Shown: positions 28,229 to 38,942, counted from the first letter of the stretch. The stretch is 64,000 bases of DNA from Pontiella sp. (GCA_050290185.1 JBNKHE010000007.1:1-64000), one strand, 5' to 3'. Numbers and translations: made by a program. The notes: generated by a model from the letters alone, not told the origin.

Positions 28229-28954
28229 TTACTTAATCATATCGGTAAGATGAAAGATTTTTCCGCCTATGGATTCGCGGTCGCAGGCGAGGATTTCCTC
28301 CATCGTGTGGGCCTTGTCGATCGAGAGCGGGCCGGAGGCGGTACGTCGTAGAGCATCAAGGCTTCCTCCCACGCCGAGGTCGTTTCCAATGTCGTGGGCA
28401 AGCGTGCGGATATAGGTGCCCTTGGTGCTCTTGACGCGGAAGGTGACCAGCGGATTGTCGAATTCGAGCACTTCGATGCTGTAGACATGGATCTTGCGCG
28501 GCTCGCGTTCGATTTCCTGGCCCTTGCGCGCCATTTTATAAAGGGGAACGCCATTCTTCTTGATGGCGGAGACCATGGGTGGAATCTGCTCGATGTCGCC
28601 CAGATAGTTTTGAATGACGGCTTCGACCTGCTCGCGCGTGATATGCGAGGCATCCTTCTCTTCGAGCACTTCGCCGTCGGCGTCCTGCGAGTTGGTGGTC
28701 ACGCCGAGCCGGAGCACCCCTTCATAGGTTTTGTCGCCACCCATGATGCGGTCGGAGAGCTTGGTACCCTTGCCGATCAGGAGGACGAGCAGCCCGGTGG
28801 CCAATGGGTCGAGGGTGCCGCCATGGCCGACCTTGCTGAACTTGAAGTGGTTGCGGATCTTGACGACGACGTCGCTCGAGGTCCATTCGCTGGGTTTGTC
28901 GACAAGCAGGAGGCCGTCGTACGGATCGGGTTCGCGGCGTCTACGGTTTCTCAT
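28229..28954 (-). CDS. truB: tRNA pseudouridine(55) synthase
   Basis: LLVDKP, KVGHGGTLDPLATG, QIPPMVSAIK, KGTYIRTL. Confidence 0.97.
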   Translation of the reverse strand: MRNRRRREPDPYDGLLLVDKPSEWTSSDVVVKIRNHFKFSKVGHGGTLDPLATGLLVLLIGKGTKLSDRIMGGDKTYEGVLRLGVTTNSQDADGEVLEEKDASHITREQVEAVIQNYLGDIEQIPPMVSAIKKNGVPLYKMARKGQEIEREPRKIHVYSIEVLEFDNPLVTFRVKSTKGTYIRTLAHDIGNDLGVGGSLDALRRTASGPLSIDKAHTMEEILACDRESIGGKIFHLTDMIK

Positions 28955-29336
28955 CGGTCTGGTCGTCGTCCTTGAAGGCTTCGGGGTTTTCGCGTTCCAT
29001 TTCGGCCAGCATCGACAGAATGTGGTCGCCGCCCTCGATCGATTCGTCGAGGATGAAATGGAGGCGGGGGGTGTATTTGAGTTTCACGCGCTTGATCATC
29101 AGCCGGATGATTTCCTGACGGTGGCGGTTGAGGTAGTTGATCATGCGGTCGCGTTCGTCCTCGTGCCCGAAGATCGAGACGAACACGTTGGCATCACGCA
29201 AATCCGCGGCGCATTCCACGCGCGTGACCGTGAGGGCTGCCGCATCGAAATCGGACATCGAGAAGTTGCGGTAGAGATCTTCTGCAATCTCGCGCTTCAG
29301 CAGTTCATTCACTCTAACTAGACGTGGTATTCCCAT
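28941..29336 (-). CDS. rbfA: 30S ribosome-binding factor A
   Basis: RLVRVNELLKREIA, VTRVE...DLR.A.VFVS, LKYTPRLHFILDESI. Confidence 0.93.
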   Translation of the reverse strand: MGIPRLVRVNELLKREIAEDLYRNFSMSDFDAAALTVTRVECAADLRDANVFVSIFGHEDERDRMINYLNRHRQEIIRLMIKRVKLKYTPRLHFILDESIEGGDHILSMLAEMERENPEAFKDDDQTDEKP

Positions 29337-29525
29337 ATGGATTCCTCAAAAGCGGGTTACTATAGGCAAGCCCTGCGGAAAATCCGCAAAAAAACTGCAA
29401 CTATTTTTCCGGCGCACTTTCTGACGCGAGACCCCGGAGTCAGTCATGTTTATCAAAAACTAATATGTTGCTAATGTATTATGGTTTATGCTATCTTAAC
29501 TGGTATTTTAAAGGAGATTTTAGTT

Positions 29526-30221
29526 ATGGAAATGGTTGTTTCCACGAAATTGGTGATTCGTACATTGGTTGTATTCATGGCCGTACTCATTGTTCTTCAC
29601 CTTGCTAGCTATATTCCCGTTATCAACGGTGACCGCGATGGGCCCATCAATCTGATCAACATGGATGGAGAACAAAACATCTCAGCCTTGTTTTCGACCA
29701 CGCTCCTCTGGATGTGTGCAGCCCTCACGTGGTTCATTGCCAGAGCGATTTCCGATCAGATCAGCAGACAAAAGTGGATGGGCTTATCGGTAATCTTTCT
29801 GTTTTTGGGGCTCGATGAATCCTTGTCCCTTCACGAGCGTTTGAGCGGCATCGTAAACAATACGCTGCCTGTACTGCAGATGGCGTCGTTTGCATGGTTG
29901 TTGCCATATGCCGTTGTTTTGCTTTTTCTCTCCTTCATTTACGTTAAACTTTGGTGGCAACTTCCCTCCGCCGTGCGATGGCGGGTGCTCATTGGTGGAG
30001 CGCTTTTCGTGGCGGGGGGCATGGGCTGCGAGTTTTTGGGCTGGCTGTGGACGCGGGCTAATGGAGCCGACATTGTTTATCTTGTAGAAATTCTTCTTGA
30101 GGAAGTGCTGGAAATGAGCGGGGTGATTGTTTTGATCTCTGCCTTCCTTAACTTTATCGGGCTTTTGAGCCCCAATATCCGCATGACCATCACCACAAAA
30201 TCTGCCTGTGTTCCGGAGTAG
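29526..30221 (+). CDS. Hypothetical multi-pass membrane protein
   Basis: About 7 TM helices; DGEQNI, LDE..SLHE, EEVLEM motifs; GGAGA RBS before ATG 29526. Confidence 0.8.
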   Translation: MEMVVSTKLVIRTLVVFMAVLIVLHLASYIPVINGDRDGPINLINMDGEQNISALFSTTLLWMCAALTWFIARAISDQISRQKWMGLSVIFLFLGLDESLSLHERLSGIVNNTLPVLQMASFAWLLPYAVVLLFLSFIYVKLWWQLPSAVRWRVLIGGALFVAGGMGCEFLGWLWTRANGADIVYLVEILLEEVLEMSGVIVLISAFLNFIGLLSPNIRMTITTKSACVPE

Positions 30222-30232
30222 CGACTGGAACA

Positions 30233-30682
30233 CTAGCGGGCTTGCGGCTTCCAGACTTTGACCTGCTTCCATTCCCGGCCCCACTCAAGTGCCTGCTGGT
30301 GGGAAGGGAAAAACAAGTCGATATGCATGCCTTTGATATCGCCGCCGATATCTTCAACCCGTCCCCAACCATAATCTGGGATATACATAATGGTACCAAA
30401 AGGATAGTGCTGGGTGTCGGCCGCGATGGTGCCCCAGTCGGCCACCGTTCCGGCTGCCGTGATGCCCACTTTCTTGGGTTGCCCTTTACCGGGGCCATAG
30501 GCCACCACGGGTTGGAATTTCCAGTTACGCTTCCAGCCGCAGCATTTTCCGCATTTGCAGTAGCCGGTGGTTTCTATGTTGATGGTTTGCGGCTTCTGGC
30601 CGCGCGGTATGCGGTATACCTTGCCGGTCGAGCAGCCGTTCAGCAAAAAAGCCAATAGAACAAATAGAAAAGCACTCTTCAT
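30233..30682 (-). CDS. 3D-domain lipoprotein (peptidoglycan-related, MltA/3D family)
   Basis: Lipobox LNGC; TTGYC, TIAAD, PFGT, EDIGGDIKG.HIDLFF, ALEWG. Confidence 0.88.
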   Translation of the reverse strand: MKSAFLFVLLAFLLNGCSTGKVYRIPRGQKPQTINIETTGYCKCGKCCGWKRNWKFQPVVAYGPGKGQPKKVGITAAGTVADWGTIAADTQHYPFGTIMYIPDYGWGRVEDIGGDIKGMHIDLFFPSHQQALEWGREWKQVKVWKPQAR

Positions 30683-30706
30683 TTGAGATGCAGAATAATG
30701 ATTAAG

Positions 30707-30764
30707 CCACGGATGAACACAGAATAAACTCGGATTTCTTATGGTGCTGTGTTCTTCCATGTGG
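30707..30764. repeat. Degenerate ~9-nt repeat (CACGGATGAA-type) with inverted copy
   Basis: CCACGGATGAACACAGAATAAACTCGGAT followed by CTGTGTTCTTCCATGTGG, an imperfect reverse complement of its first 16 nt. Confidence 0.55.
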
Positions 30765-30773
30765 GTCGGAGGA

Positions 30774-31499
30774 TTAATTTACATCGCCCGACCAGATGGT
30801 TTCGATCCCAATATCCGTTTGGAGCTGTAGCTCGCCGTTTTCGCCGAAGCCGGCCAGTTTCCCGCTTTTGCGGATTTCACCGTCGTGTACGCTCAGTGCT
30901 TTTCCGATGGGGCCGGCCTTTTCGGTCCAGATTTCGCGAATGGCTGCAAAACCGCCGGCTTCCCAGCGGACAATCCAGAATTCAAGCTGCGGGAGAAGGT
31001 CTTCGAGAATCCGGGAGGGAACGAACGCCTGTCCGTTTTCGATCAGCATGGAGGTGGCGGGGCGGTCGATGACTTCGGCTTCTTCGCTGGACATGTTAAC
31101 ATTCAGTCCGATGCCGACGATAATGCCTCGCAACGCATTGTTCTCGACGCGTTCGGAAAGAATGCCACAGATTTTTTTATCGCCCACGAGCACGTCGTTC
31201 GGCCATTTGGGGGCGGCGCTGATCCCTTTGGTATTCAGCAGGTCGGTGACGGCCAGTGCGGCTGCCATGGTGAGGGAGGGGACCTGAATGAGCGGGGCAG
31301 CGGTATCAATAAAGAGGGAAAAGCATAGGTTGGCATCCGGAGAGGATCTCCATTTCCGATCCTGACGTCCCCGACCGCAGGTCTGTTCGCGCGCCGCAAT
31401 CACGTAGCCGTTTGCGATGCCGTTATGGTGATAAAAACGATCCCGCATGCAGGTATTGGTCGAGCCCAGCCGATCGTGCCATTCGATTCGAAAATCCAT
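30774..31499 (-). CDS. birA: Biotin--[acetyl-CoA-carboxylase] ligase (no N-terminal HTH)
   Basis: STN, QTCGRGRQDRKW, KWPNDVL, KKICGIL, GIGLNV. Confidence 0.95.
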   Translation of the reverse strand: MDFRIEWHDRLGSTNTCMRDRFYHHNGIANGYVIAAREQTCGRGRQDRKWRSSPDANLCFSLFIDTAAPLIQVPSLTMAAALAVTDLLNTKGISAAPKWPNDVLVGDKKICGILSERVENNALRGIIVGIGLNVNMSSEEAEVIDRPATSMLIENGQAFVPSRILEDLLPQLEFWIVRWEAGGFAAIREIWTEKAGPIGKALSVHDGEIRKSGKLAGFGENGELQLQTDIGIETIWSGDVN

Positions 31500-31632
31500 A
31501 TTCGTTATTATCCTCTATTGAGACTGTGTTTTATTAAGAATCGCCAATAAAATCAGGGTTTTTCACTAGCTATGCCCAAGCAAATTCCGTATACAAGGCG
31601 CTCATTTTACCAAAACAAGGAGACAAAAAAAG

Positions 31633-31860
31633 ATGGAACTTCTCAAGCAAGGCGGCGTTCTTATGTTTGTCGGCATGGCAACCGTGTTTGCCTTCCTCGT
31701 GTTGATGGTCTGGATCATGACCGGCACGGCGGCATTTTTCCGAAAGTATGCACACCTCTTCCCCGAAGAGACCGCTGCGGCACCCAAAGCCAAGACGGCT
31801 GCGGACCCCGGCGCAGAAATCGCAGTGGCATTGGCGGCTATCAAGGCCAAACGTGGCTAA
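31633..31860 (+). CDS. oadG: Na+-translocating oxaloacetate decarboxylase gamma subunit
   Basis: LMFVGMATVFAFLVL TM helix, Ala/Pro linker, EIAVALAAI. Confidence 0.9.
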   Translation: MELLKQGGVLMFVGMATVFAFLVLMVWIMTGTAAFFRKYAHLFPEETAAAPKAKTAADPGAEIAVALAAIKAKRG

Positions 31861-31891
31861 CCCCTTTAATTAATCAACCAGGAGAAAAACC

Positions 31892-33697
31892 GTGGCTAAA
31901 AAAACCATCCATATTATGAACACCGCGTTCCGCGACGGCTTCCAGTCCGTTTACGGTGCCCGCGTATTGACCGAAGATTTCCTGCCGGCCGTCAAGGCCT
32001 GCGTTGAAGCAGGACAAACCCATTTCGAAGCCGGCGGCGGCGCCCGCTTCCAGGCTCCGTTCTTCTACTGCAACGAATCGGCCTTCGATATGATGGACAA
32101 GTTCCGCGCAGCGGCCGGTCCCGATGCTGACCTGCAGACCCTCGCTCGTGGCATCAACGTCGTGGGGCTCGACTCCCAGTCGCGCGACATGATCGACTTG
32201 CACGCAAAAATGTTCAAAAAGCACGGGATCACCACGATCCGCAACTTCGACGCCCTCAACGACGTCAATAACCTCATCGATTCCGGCAGATCCATCACCA
32301 ACCACGGCCTCAACCACGAAGTCTGCGTCACGATGATGGAATTGCCTCCCGGTTGCGAAGGCGCGCACACCGTCGAGTTCTACCAGAAGACCCTGCAAGG
32401 CATTCTCGATGCGGGTATCCCGTTCACCAGCGTCTGCTTCAAGGATGCTTCGGGCACCTCCGCACCTAAGAAGGTCTACGACACGATCGCCATGGCTCGC
32501 AAAATCCTGCCGGGCGACACCAAAATCGTTTTCCACTCCCATGAAACCGCCGGTGTCGGCACGGTTGGCTATATCGCCGCCATCAAGGCCGGCGCCGACC
32601 AGGTGGACTGCTCGATGGCTCCGGCCTCCGGCGGTACCTGCCAGCCCGACGTCGCCACCCTGTGGCACGCGCTCCGTGGCGAAGACTACGATCTCGACAT
32701 CGATATCGACAAGATGATGCATGCCGAGTCCGTCTTCAAGGATTGCATGGCCGACTACATGCTGCCTCCGGAAGCCAAGGCCGTCGAGCCGATGATTCCG
32801 TGGTCCCCGATGCCGGGTGGAGCGCTCACCGCGAACACGCAGATGATGCGCGACAACAACATGATGGACAAATACGAAGAGTGCATCCACGCCATGGGCG
32901 AAGTGGTTCGCCGCGGCGGATTCGGCACCTCCGTGACGCCGGTTTCGCAGTTCTACTTCCAGCAGGCGTTCAACAACGTCATCTTTGGTCCATGGGAAAA
33001 GATTGCCGAAGGCTATGGCAAGATGGTGCTCGGCTACTTCGGCAAGACACCGGTCGAGCCCGATCCGGAAATTGTGAAGGTTGCCGCCGAAAAACTCGAA
33101 CTCGAGCCTACCACCGCCAATCCAGTCGATCTGAACGACGCCGATCCCTCCAAGGGTATCGACGCCGCGAAGGCCATGCTCAAGGAGAACAGCCTCGAGG
33201 AAACCGAAGAAAACATCTTCATTGCGGGTGCCTGCAAGCAGAAGGGGATCGACTTCCTGCTCGGCAAGATGGAAATCAACGGCGTACGCAAGGGTGCGTT
33301 GACTCCGGCTGCTCCTGCCGCGACTGCCGGCGGCGATGGCGGATACACCGTAACCGTCAACGGCAAGCAGTTTGCGGTTGAGGTGAAGGGCGACAAAGCC
33401 ACGGTCAACGGCAAGTCCTACGACATCGGTGTGGCGGACGGCGTGGACGCTGCGGGTACGGCTGTTGCCCACGAGTCGGCCGACTCCATTGAGGTGACTG
33501 CACCGATGAATGCCAAAGTGGTGAAGCTCAGCGTGGGTGTTGGCGACCATGTGAATGAAGGCGATGTGCTCTTCGTGGTTGAGGCCATGAAGATGGAAGT
33601 CGATGTGAAGGCTTCTGCCGGCGGCACGATTTCCTCGATTGCCGTTGCTGCGGGCGAACAGGTAACCGCCGGCCAGGCGCTAGCCTCCATCAACTAA
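31892..33697 (+). CDS. oadA: Oxaloacetate decarboxylase alpha subunit (carboxyltransferase plus biotin carrier)
   Basis: FRDGFQS, FDALND, FKDASG, HSH, PGGA, VTPVSQ; C-terminal EAMKM biotinyl motif. Confidence 0.92.
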   Translation: MAKKTIHIMNTAFRDGFQSVYGARVLTEDFLPAVKACVEAGQTHFEAGGGARFQAPFFYCNESAFDMMDKFRAAAGPDADLQTLARGINVVGLDSQSRDMIDLHAKMFKKHGITTIRNFDALNDVNNLIDSGRSITNHGLNHEVCVTMMELPPGCEGAHTVEFYQKTLQGILDAGIPFTSVCFKDASGTSAPKKVYDTIAMARKILPGDTKIVFHSHETAGVGTVGYIAAIKAGADQVDCSMAPASGGTCQPDVATLWHALRGEDYDLDIDIDKMMHAESVFKDCMADYMLPPEAKAVEPMIPWSPMPGGALTANTQMMRDNNMMDKYEECIHAMGEVVRRGGFGTSVTPVSQFYFQQAFNNVIFGPWEKIAEGYGKMVLGYFGKTPVEPDPEIVKVAAEKLELEPTTANPVDLNDADPSKGIDAAKAMLKENSLEETEENIFIAGACKQKGIDFLLGKMEINGVRKGALTPAAPAATAGGDGGYTVTVNGKQFAVEVKGDKATVNGKSYDIGVADGVDAAGTAVAHESADSIEVTAPMNAKVVKLSVGVGDHVNEGDVLFVVEAMKMEVDVKASAGGTISSIAVAAGEQVTAGQALASIN

Positions 33698-33725
33698 GTC
33701 GCAACCGCGAACGGAGATTTTAAAC

Positions 33726-35198
33726 ATGAAGAAATTCATTACCATGGGCCTCGTCGCTGCCGCCATTTTTGGCGGAGCCGTGTGGGCGCAGGCCGAAGAG
33801 GCCGGTGCTACGACGGAAAGCGTTAAGGCCGAGAAGCACATTTCAATCGGTGGCGGCTTCCTGAAGCTGTGGCACGAAACGGGAATCTATCGTTTCATGC
33901 ATCCCCAAACACCGGAAGAGAAGGCCGCAGCCTACCGCGATGCGCTCATTAAAACCGTGGAAGCCGAGGTTTCCGCAGGACATTTCCACGGTGCGATGAA
34001 CGAAATCCACAAGGCACACGGGGTTGAAAATGAGTTGATCGAATCGCTGACCAAGCAAGTTGAAGAGGCCGAAGCGAAGGGCTATGTTCCGTCGCGCATC
34101 GTGCCCGAGGGGGTCGGACAATTCATCATGATCCTGGTTGGGTTGCTACTGATCTTCCTGGCCATCAAGAAGGGGTTCGAACCGTTGCTCCTGTTGCCGA
34201 TTGGCTTTGGCTGCATCTTGACCAACATTCCGATGGCCGGGATTGCCGACGGGCCGATGCCCGGACAGCCGGGCGGCTTCCTCTACTATTTCTATACCGT
34301 GGGTGTTCAGTCAGGTGTGTTCCCGTTGCTCATCTTCATGGGGGTTGGGGCGATGACCGACTTCGGTCCACTGCTGGCCAACCCGAAGACGGCCCTGTTG
34401 GGGGCCGCTGCGCAGTTCGGCATTTTCTGTGCGTTGCTCGGCGCCATGGCCATGGGCGGGCTATTCACGCTTGAAGATGCTGCCGCCATCGGCATCATTG
34501 GTGGTGCAGATGGTCCGACTGCCATTTTCCTGGCTTCGCGGCTATCGCCGAATCTGCTGGGTGCCATTGCCGTTGCGGCCTACTCGTACATGGCGCTGGT
34601 TCCGATCATCCAGCCGCCGATCATGAAATTGCTGACCACCAAGGCCGAGCGCGAGATCGAGATGAAGCAGCTTCGCCATGTTTCCAAGGCGGAAAAGATC
34701 ATTTTCCCCTTACTGGTCCTCATTCTTTGCTTGCTCCTGCTACCGTCGGCCACGCCGCTGATCGGCATGCTAATGCTCGGTAACCTGATGAAGGAAAGTG
34801 CTGTCGTCGATCGTCTATCCGATACGGCCCAGAACGCATTGATCAACATTGTCACGATCATGCTGGGAACGGCGGTTGGTTCCAAGCTAGCGGCCGACAA
34901 GTTCCTGAACGTCCAGACCCTTGGTATTCTGGGGCTTGGGCTGGGAGCCTTTATCATCGGTACCGCCACCGGGGTGTTGCTGGCCAAGCTGATGAACGCA
35001 TTGAGCAAGGACAAGATCAATCCGTTGATCGGTTCCGCCGGGGTATCCGCCGTGCCGATGGCCGCGCGTGTATCCAATAAGGTCGGACTGGAATCGAACC
35101 CGCACAACTTCCTGCTCATGCATGCCATGGGCCCGAACGTAGCCGGCGTGATCGGTTCCGCCGTGGCTGCGGGTGTGCTGCTCGCGCTTTGCGGATAG
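33726..35198 (+). CDS. oadB: Na+-translocating decarboxylase beta subunit with N-terminal extension
   Basis: [54 protein letters not shown]. Confidence 0.95.
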   Translation: MKKFITMGLVAAAIFGGAVWAQAEEAGATTESVKAEKHISIGGGFLKLWHETGIYRFMHPQTPEEKAAAYRDALIKTVEAEVSAGHFHGAMNEIHKAHGVENELIESLTKQVEEAEAKGYVPSRIVPEGVGQFIMILVGLLLIFLAIKKGFEPLLLLPIGFGCILTNIPMAGIADGPMPGQPGGFLYYFYTVGVQSGVFPLLIFMGVGAMTDFGPLLANPKTALLGAAAQFGIFCALLGAMAMGGLFTLEDAAAIGIIGGADGPTAIFLASRLSPNLLGAIAVAAYSYMALVPIIQPPIMKLLTTKAEREIEMKQLRHVSKAEKIIFPLLVLILCLLLLPSATPLIGMLMLGNLMKESAVVDRLSDTAQNALINIVTIMLGTAVGSKLAADKFLNVQTLGILGLGLGAFIIGTATGVLLAKLMNALSKDKINPLIGSAGVSAVPMAARVSNKVGLESNPHNFLLMHAMGPNVAGVIGSAVAAGVLLALCG

Positions 35199-35220
35199 CA
35201 TTCGGTTGCAGGTGTTTACA

Positions 35221-35252
35221 AGGGCCGCTGCACAGCGGTCCTTTTTTGTTTT
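35221..35252 (+). terminator. Intrinsic terminator of oadGAB
   Basis: AGGGCCGCTG/CAGCGGTCCT stem followed by a T run. Confidence 0.8.
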
Positions 35253-35288
35253 CCGCCTTTCGATGTTTTGTGGCAGATTAATCTTCGT

Positions 35289-36083
35289 ATGAAAATTCCC
35301 TTCACGAAAATGCATGGGGCCGGCAACGACTTTATCGTGATCGATGACCGTGCTCAGACGTTTCCGATCGAAGACCATTCGTTCGTTGCACAGATGTGCG
35401 CCCGGCGCACGGGCATCGGCAGCGATGGAATTATCCTGTTGCAACCGTCCGAATCCGCCGATCTGAAAATGCGTTTTATCAATCCGGATGGCCACGAGGT
35501 TGAGATGTGCGGCAACGGTGCGCGTTGTTTTGCGCGTCTGGCTTTTGAACTTGATGCGGCGCCGGAGTGCATGATGATAGAAACGGTTGCTGGACCGGTC
35601 CGTGCCGAACTGCATGGCGAATCCGTCAAAATAGATCTGGGCCCTTCTTCGGATATCCAGCTTGATGTGCCGCTGGGGCTGAAATGGAAAACTGATTTTG
35701 TGAACACCGGTGTGCCGCATGTGGTGGTCTGGGTGGATCATGTTGATTCAATAGATGTTGTGAAATGGGGCAAAATGGTTCGCTACCACGAGCAGTTTTC
35801 CCCTCGGGGAACCAATGTGAATTTTGCGAAGGTTGAAGCCGATGGCACCTTGACGAGCCGTACCTATGAACGGGGCGTGGAGGGGGAAACGCAGGCCTGC
35901 GGCACAGGGACAGCGGCCGTCGCGGTTCTGGCGGCCCGGCGTGGTTGGGTGTCTTTGCCGGTCGCCGTGCATTGCGCTAGCGGTTATGATCTGGTAATTG
36001 ATGAACAACACGGGATGACTACCCTGACGGGCAACGCGGAAAAGGTTTTTGAAGGGGAGAGCGAATATGGAAATCGGGTTTAG
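35289..36083 (+). CDS. dapF: Diaminopimelate epimerase
   Basis: FTKMHGAGNDF, EMCGNGARC, GVPH, ERGVEGETQACGTG. Confidence 0.96.
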   Translation: MKIPFTKMHGAGNDFIVIDDRAQTFPIEDHSFVAQMCARRTGIGSDGIILLQPSESADLKMRFINPDGHEVEMCGNGARCFARLAFELDAAPECMMIETVAGPVRAELHGESVKIDLGPSSDIQLDVPLGLKWKTDFVNTGVPHVVVWVDHVDSIDVVKWGKMVRYHEQFSPRGTNVNFAKVEADGTLTSRTYERGVEGETQACGTGTAAVAVLAARRGWVSLPVAVHCASGYDLVIDEQHGMTTLTGNAEKVFEGESEYGNRV

Positions 36084-36570
36084 CCTAGGTTCCAATCTAT
36101 ACAACCGAAAGCGACTGCTCATGCAGGCCAAAAACCTGTTGTTGTCGGCGCCTCGAACCCTTTTTGCCGATCAGTCTCCGATCTATGAGACCACGCCGGT
36201 TGATGTGAAGCCGGAATATCAGGATATGGCGTATCTGAATTCGGTCGTGATCGTGGAAAGCGAGCTGCCGTTGGAAAGCTGGCTTTCGTATATCGGCAAG
36301 ATTGAAAACATGCTTGGACGGGAACGGAGCGAGGATCGGAATGCGCCGCGCCCGATCGATATCGATATCATTTATGCCGGAGAACAGATCATCGATAGCG
36401 GCGGACTCGAGGTGCCACACCCGCGCTGGGCAGAGCGACGCTTTGTGGTTCAACCGCTCAACGATGTCCGGCCAGAGATGGTGCTTCCGGAAACAAACAA
36501 GCCGGTGTCGGACATTCTTCGCTCATTGCCGCCGGATGATGGCCTGAGTATATTCGAAGAGAGATGGTGA
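36067..36570 (+). CDS. folK: 2-amino-4-hydroxy-6-hydroxymethyldihydropteridine pyrophosphokinase
   Basis: SLGSNL, YET.P, PRPIDIDII, VPHPR..ERRFV..PL. Confidence 0.95.
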   Translation: MEIGFSLGSNLYNRKRLLMQAKNLLLSAPRTLFADQSPIYETTPVDVKPEYQDMAYLNSVVIVESELPLESWLSYIGKIENMLGRERSEDRNAPRPIDIDIIYAGEQIIDSGGLEVPHPRWAERRFVVQPLNDVRPEMVLPETNKPVSDILRSLPPDDGLSIFEERW

Positions 36571-36633
36571 GCGTATTTCGTATTGCTTGACTCCTTCCTT
36601 CCGAAAAAACTTTATACGCGATACAGATTTATT

Positions 36634-37425
36634 ATGAAATGGACTGCTGCAAAACTTAAGGCGCTGAAAGGCGAGAAGAAAATCGCGATGGTAACGGCGT
36701 ACGATGCGCTGACGGCTTCGCTGGTTGACGGCGCCGATATTCCCGCCGTGCTCGTGGGCGATTCTCTGGCAAATACTGTGCTGGGATATGAAACCACCCT
36801 CCCGGTGAGCATGGAAGAAATGCTGCATCACGCTGCTGCGGTTTCGCGCGGTGTTAAGCATGCGCTTGTAATCGCCGATATGCCGTTTATGTCGTATCAA
36901 CCATCGATTGCCATGGGGTTGGAGAACGCCGGGCGCTTTCTCAAGGAGGCGCATTCAGACGCCGTAAAAATCGAGGGCGGCGCGATGCGGGGTGAACTCA
37001 TTGAAGCCCTTGTACAGAACGGGATACCCGTGTTGGGCCATATCGGCCTGACGCCGCAGAGCATCAAGGAGATGGGCGGCTACAAGGTCCAGGGAAAAAC
37101 CTCCGAACAGGCCCGCCAACTGATGGATGATGCCATGGCGGTCGAGCAGGCCGGGGCATTTGCGCTGGTGCTTGAGTGCGTGCCTGCCGAGCTGGGGACG
37201 GCCATCTCAAAATCACTTTCCATTCCAACCATTGGCATCGGCGCCGGGGAAGGCTGCGACGGCCAGGTGCTGGTCTTTACCGATCTGCTCGGTATTGGCG
37301 ATAAACCAGTTCCAAAGTTCGTCAAAAAGTTCGCGAACCTCAATCCGTTGATTACGGAAGCGCTTTCTGCCTACAAGACCGAAGTTGAAGCAGGCACCTT
37401 CCCGTCCGATGCGCAAACCTACTGA
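36634..37425 (+). CDS. panB: 3-methyl-2-oxobutanoate hydroxymethyltransferase
   Basis: TAYDA, LVGDSL, ADMPFMSY, VKIEGG, GHIGLTPQ, IGIGAG..CDGQVLV. Confidence 0.97.
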   Translation: MKWTAAKLKALKGEKKIAMVTAYDALTASLVDGADIPAVLVGDSLANTVLGYETTLPVSMEEMLHHAAAVSRGVKHALVIADMPFMSYQPSIAMGLENAGRFLKEAHSDAVKIEGGAMRGELIEALVQNGIPVLGHIGLTPQSIKEMGGYKVQGKTSEQARQLMDDAMAVEQAGAFALVLECVPAELGTAISKSLSIPTIGIGAGEGCDGQVLVFTDLLGIGDKPVPKFVKKFANLNPLITEALSAYKTEVEAGTFPSDAQTY

Positions 37426-37444
37426 TTTCAAGCAAGCTGCTCGC

Positions 37445-38290
37445 ATGGAAATTATTCGTACACCTGAAGCAATGCAGCAACGCGCCTTGGCTCTGAGGCG
37501 GGACGGGCGTGTGATCGGCCTCGTGCCTACGATGGGGTTTCTGCATGAGGGGCATCTTTCATTGATGCGTATTGCGCGCAAAAAATGCGATGTGCTGGTG
37601 GTGAGTATTTTCGTTAATCCCACACAGTTTGGGCCGAACGAAGATCTGGATGCCTATCCCCGCGACTTTGAGCGCGATGAAGCGCTTTGTGAAAAAGCGG
37701 GGGGCGATATCGTTTTCTATCCCGAGCCGGGAAACATGTATGCTTCCGATGCCAGCGTATGGGTGGACGAAAATGCGCTTTCAGGTGTGCTGTGCGGTGC
37801 TTCACGGGCCGGGCACTTTCGAGGGGTCTGCACCGTGGTGGCCAAGCTGTTCAATATCGTACAACCCGATCTGGCCGTGTTCGGCGAGAAGGATGCCCAG
37901 CAACTGCGCATCATCGAACGAATGGTGCGTGACCTTGATTTTCCTGTTGAAATCATTCGTGGCCCGATCGTACGAGAGCCGGATGGACTGGCAATGAGTT
38001 CCCGAAACAAGTATTTATCTGCCGGGCAGCGCCAGAATGCTCTGTGCCTGCGCCGGGCCTTGGATCGTGCAAAGACCTTGATCGATGAAGGGGAAGGGGA
38101 CGTTGCCGTGATCCAACAGGCCATGAGGGATCTTATTGGTCAGGTGCCAGAAGCGACCATCGATTATGTTGAGCTCGTGCATGACGAAACGCTGGGCACT
38201 TTGGATCGCGTTGAAGGGCGAATTCTGGTTGCCCTCGCGGTAAAAATCGGTTCTACGAGGCTGATCGACAACCTTGTGGTTAAGGTGTAG
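37445..38290 (+). CDS. panC: Pantoate--beta-alanine ligase
   Basis: VPTMGFLHEGH, SIFVNPTQF, RAGHFRGV, FGEKDAQQ, GLAMSSRN, RLIDN. Confidence 0.97.
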   Translation: MEIIRTPEAMQQRALALRRDGRVIGLVPTMGFLHEGHLSLMRIARKKCDVLVVSIFVNPTQFGPNEDLDAYPRDFERDEALCEKAGGDIVFYPEPGNMYASDASVWVDENALSGVLCGASRAGHFRGVCTVVAKLFNIVQPDLAVFGEKDAQQLRIIERMVRDLDFPVEIIRGPIVREPDGLAMSSRNKYLSAGQRQNALCLRRALDRAKTLIDEGEGDVAVIQQAMRDLIGQVPEATIDYVELVHDETLGTLDRVEGRILVALAVKIGSTRLIDNLVVKV

Positions 38291-38398
38291 AGGTTTGTCA
38301 ATGAATCGCTTGCGATTCCCGCTTCATTTTTCGGATGTTTTTGTTTGAAAGCATTGGGCACATCATTACATTGAAGGCCGCTTTTGGAAACAAAAGAA

Positions 38399-38472
38399 GG
38401 TGCGGTAGCCAAGCGGTTAGGCAGTGGATTGCAAATCCATCTAGATCGGTTCGACTCCGATCCGCACCTCCA
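38399..38472 (+). tRNA. tRNA-Cys (GCA)
   Basis: GGTGCGG/CCGCACC acceptor stem, D-arm TAGCCAAGCGGTTAGGC, anticodon arm GTGGA-TTGCAAA-TCCAT, T-arm GTTCGACTC, encoded CCA. Confidence 0.95.
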
Positions 38473-38505
38473 GCTTTTTTCAGGTCGTTAATCAGGAGAA
38501 ATAAA

Positions 38506-38889
38506 ATGTCTGTTCCGCAGGATCTGTTCTACACTAAAACCCACGAATGGGTTTCCCTCGAAGATGGCGTTGCAATTATCGGCATTACAGACTTTGCCCA
38601 AAGCCAGTTGTCCGACCTTACCTTTGTAGAGCTTCCGGAAGTCGGAACGGAATTCAGCGGTGGAGACGAAGCTGCCGTTGTTGAATCCGTCAAGGCCGCA
38701 GCGGATGTGTATGCACCGATTGCCGGTGAAGTGATCGAAGTGAATGGCGATCTCGAAGATGCTCCCGAACTGATCAACAACGATGCGTTTGGAAAAGGGT
38801 GGCTGTTCAAGCTTAAGGTCGTCGATGAGTCCGATGTGGACAATCTGCTTGATCCTGAATCATACGAAGATCTTTGCCCGCAAGACTAA
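38506..38889 (+). CDS. gcvH: Glycine cleavage system H protein / lipoyl carrier
   Basis: YTKTHEWV, GITDFAQ, VESVKAA (lipoyl-Lys), PELIN.D..G.GWLFK. Confidence 0.96.
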   Translation: MSVPQDLFYTKTHEWVSLEDGVAIIGITDFAQSQLSDLTFVELPEVGTEFSGGDEAAVVESVKAAADVYAPIAGEVIEVNGDLEDAPELINNDAFGKGWLFKLKVVDESDVDNLLDPESYEDLCPQD

Positions 38890-38910
38890 GGCGGGGAGAG
38901 GTTTGATTTC

Positions 38911-38940
38911 AAGGAGGATGCAAATCCTCCTTTTTTATTT
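38911..38940 (+). terminator. Intrinsic terminator after gcvH
   Basis: AAGGAGGAT/ATCCTCCTT stem followed by a T run. Confidence 0.7.
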
Positions 38941-38942
38941 AA

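Noticed and set aside
31874..33550. 558-aa minus-strand ORF
   Set aside because: Antisense shadow of the strongly codon-biased oadA.
38399..38472. tRNA-Cys as an integration site for an island or prophage
   Set aside because: It is flanked by housekeeping genes; I saw no integrase or duplicated tRNA 3' end.
38335..38505. N-terminal extension of gcvH in the ORF track
   Set aside because: It runs through tRNA-Cys; the real start is ATG 38506 with an AGGAG RBS.
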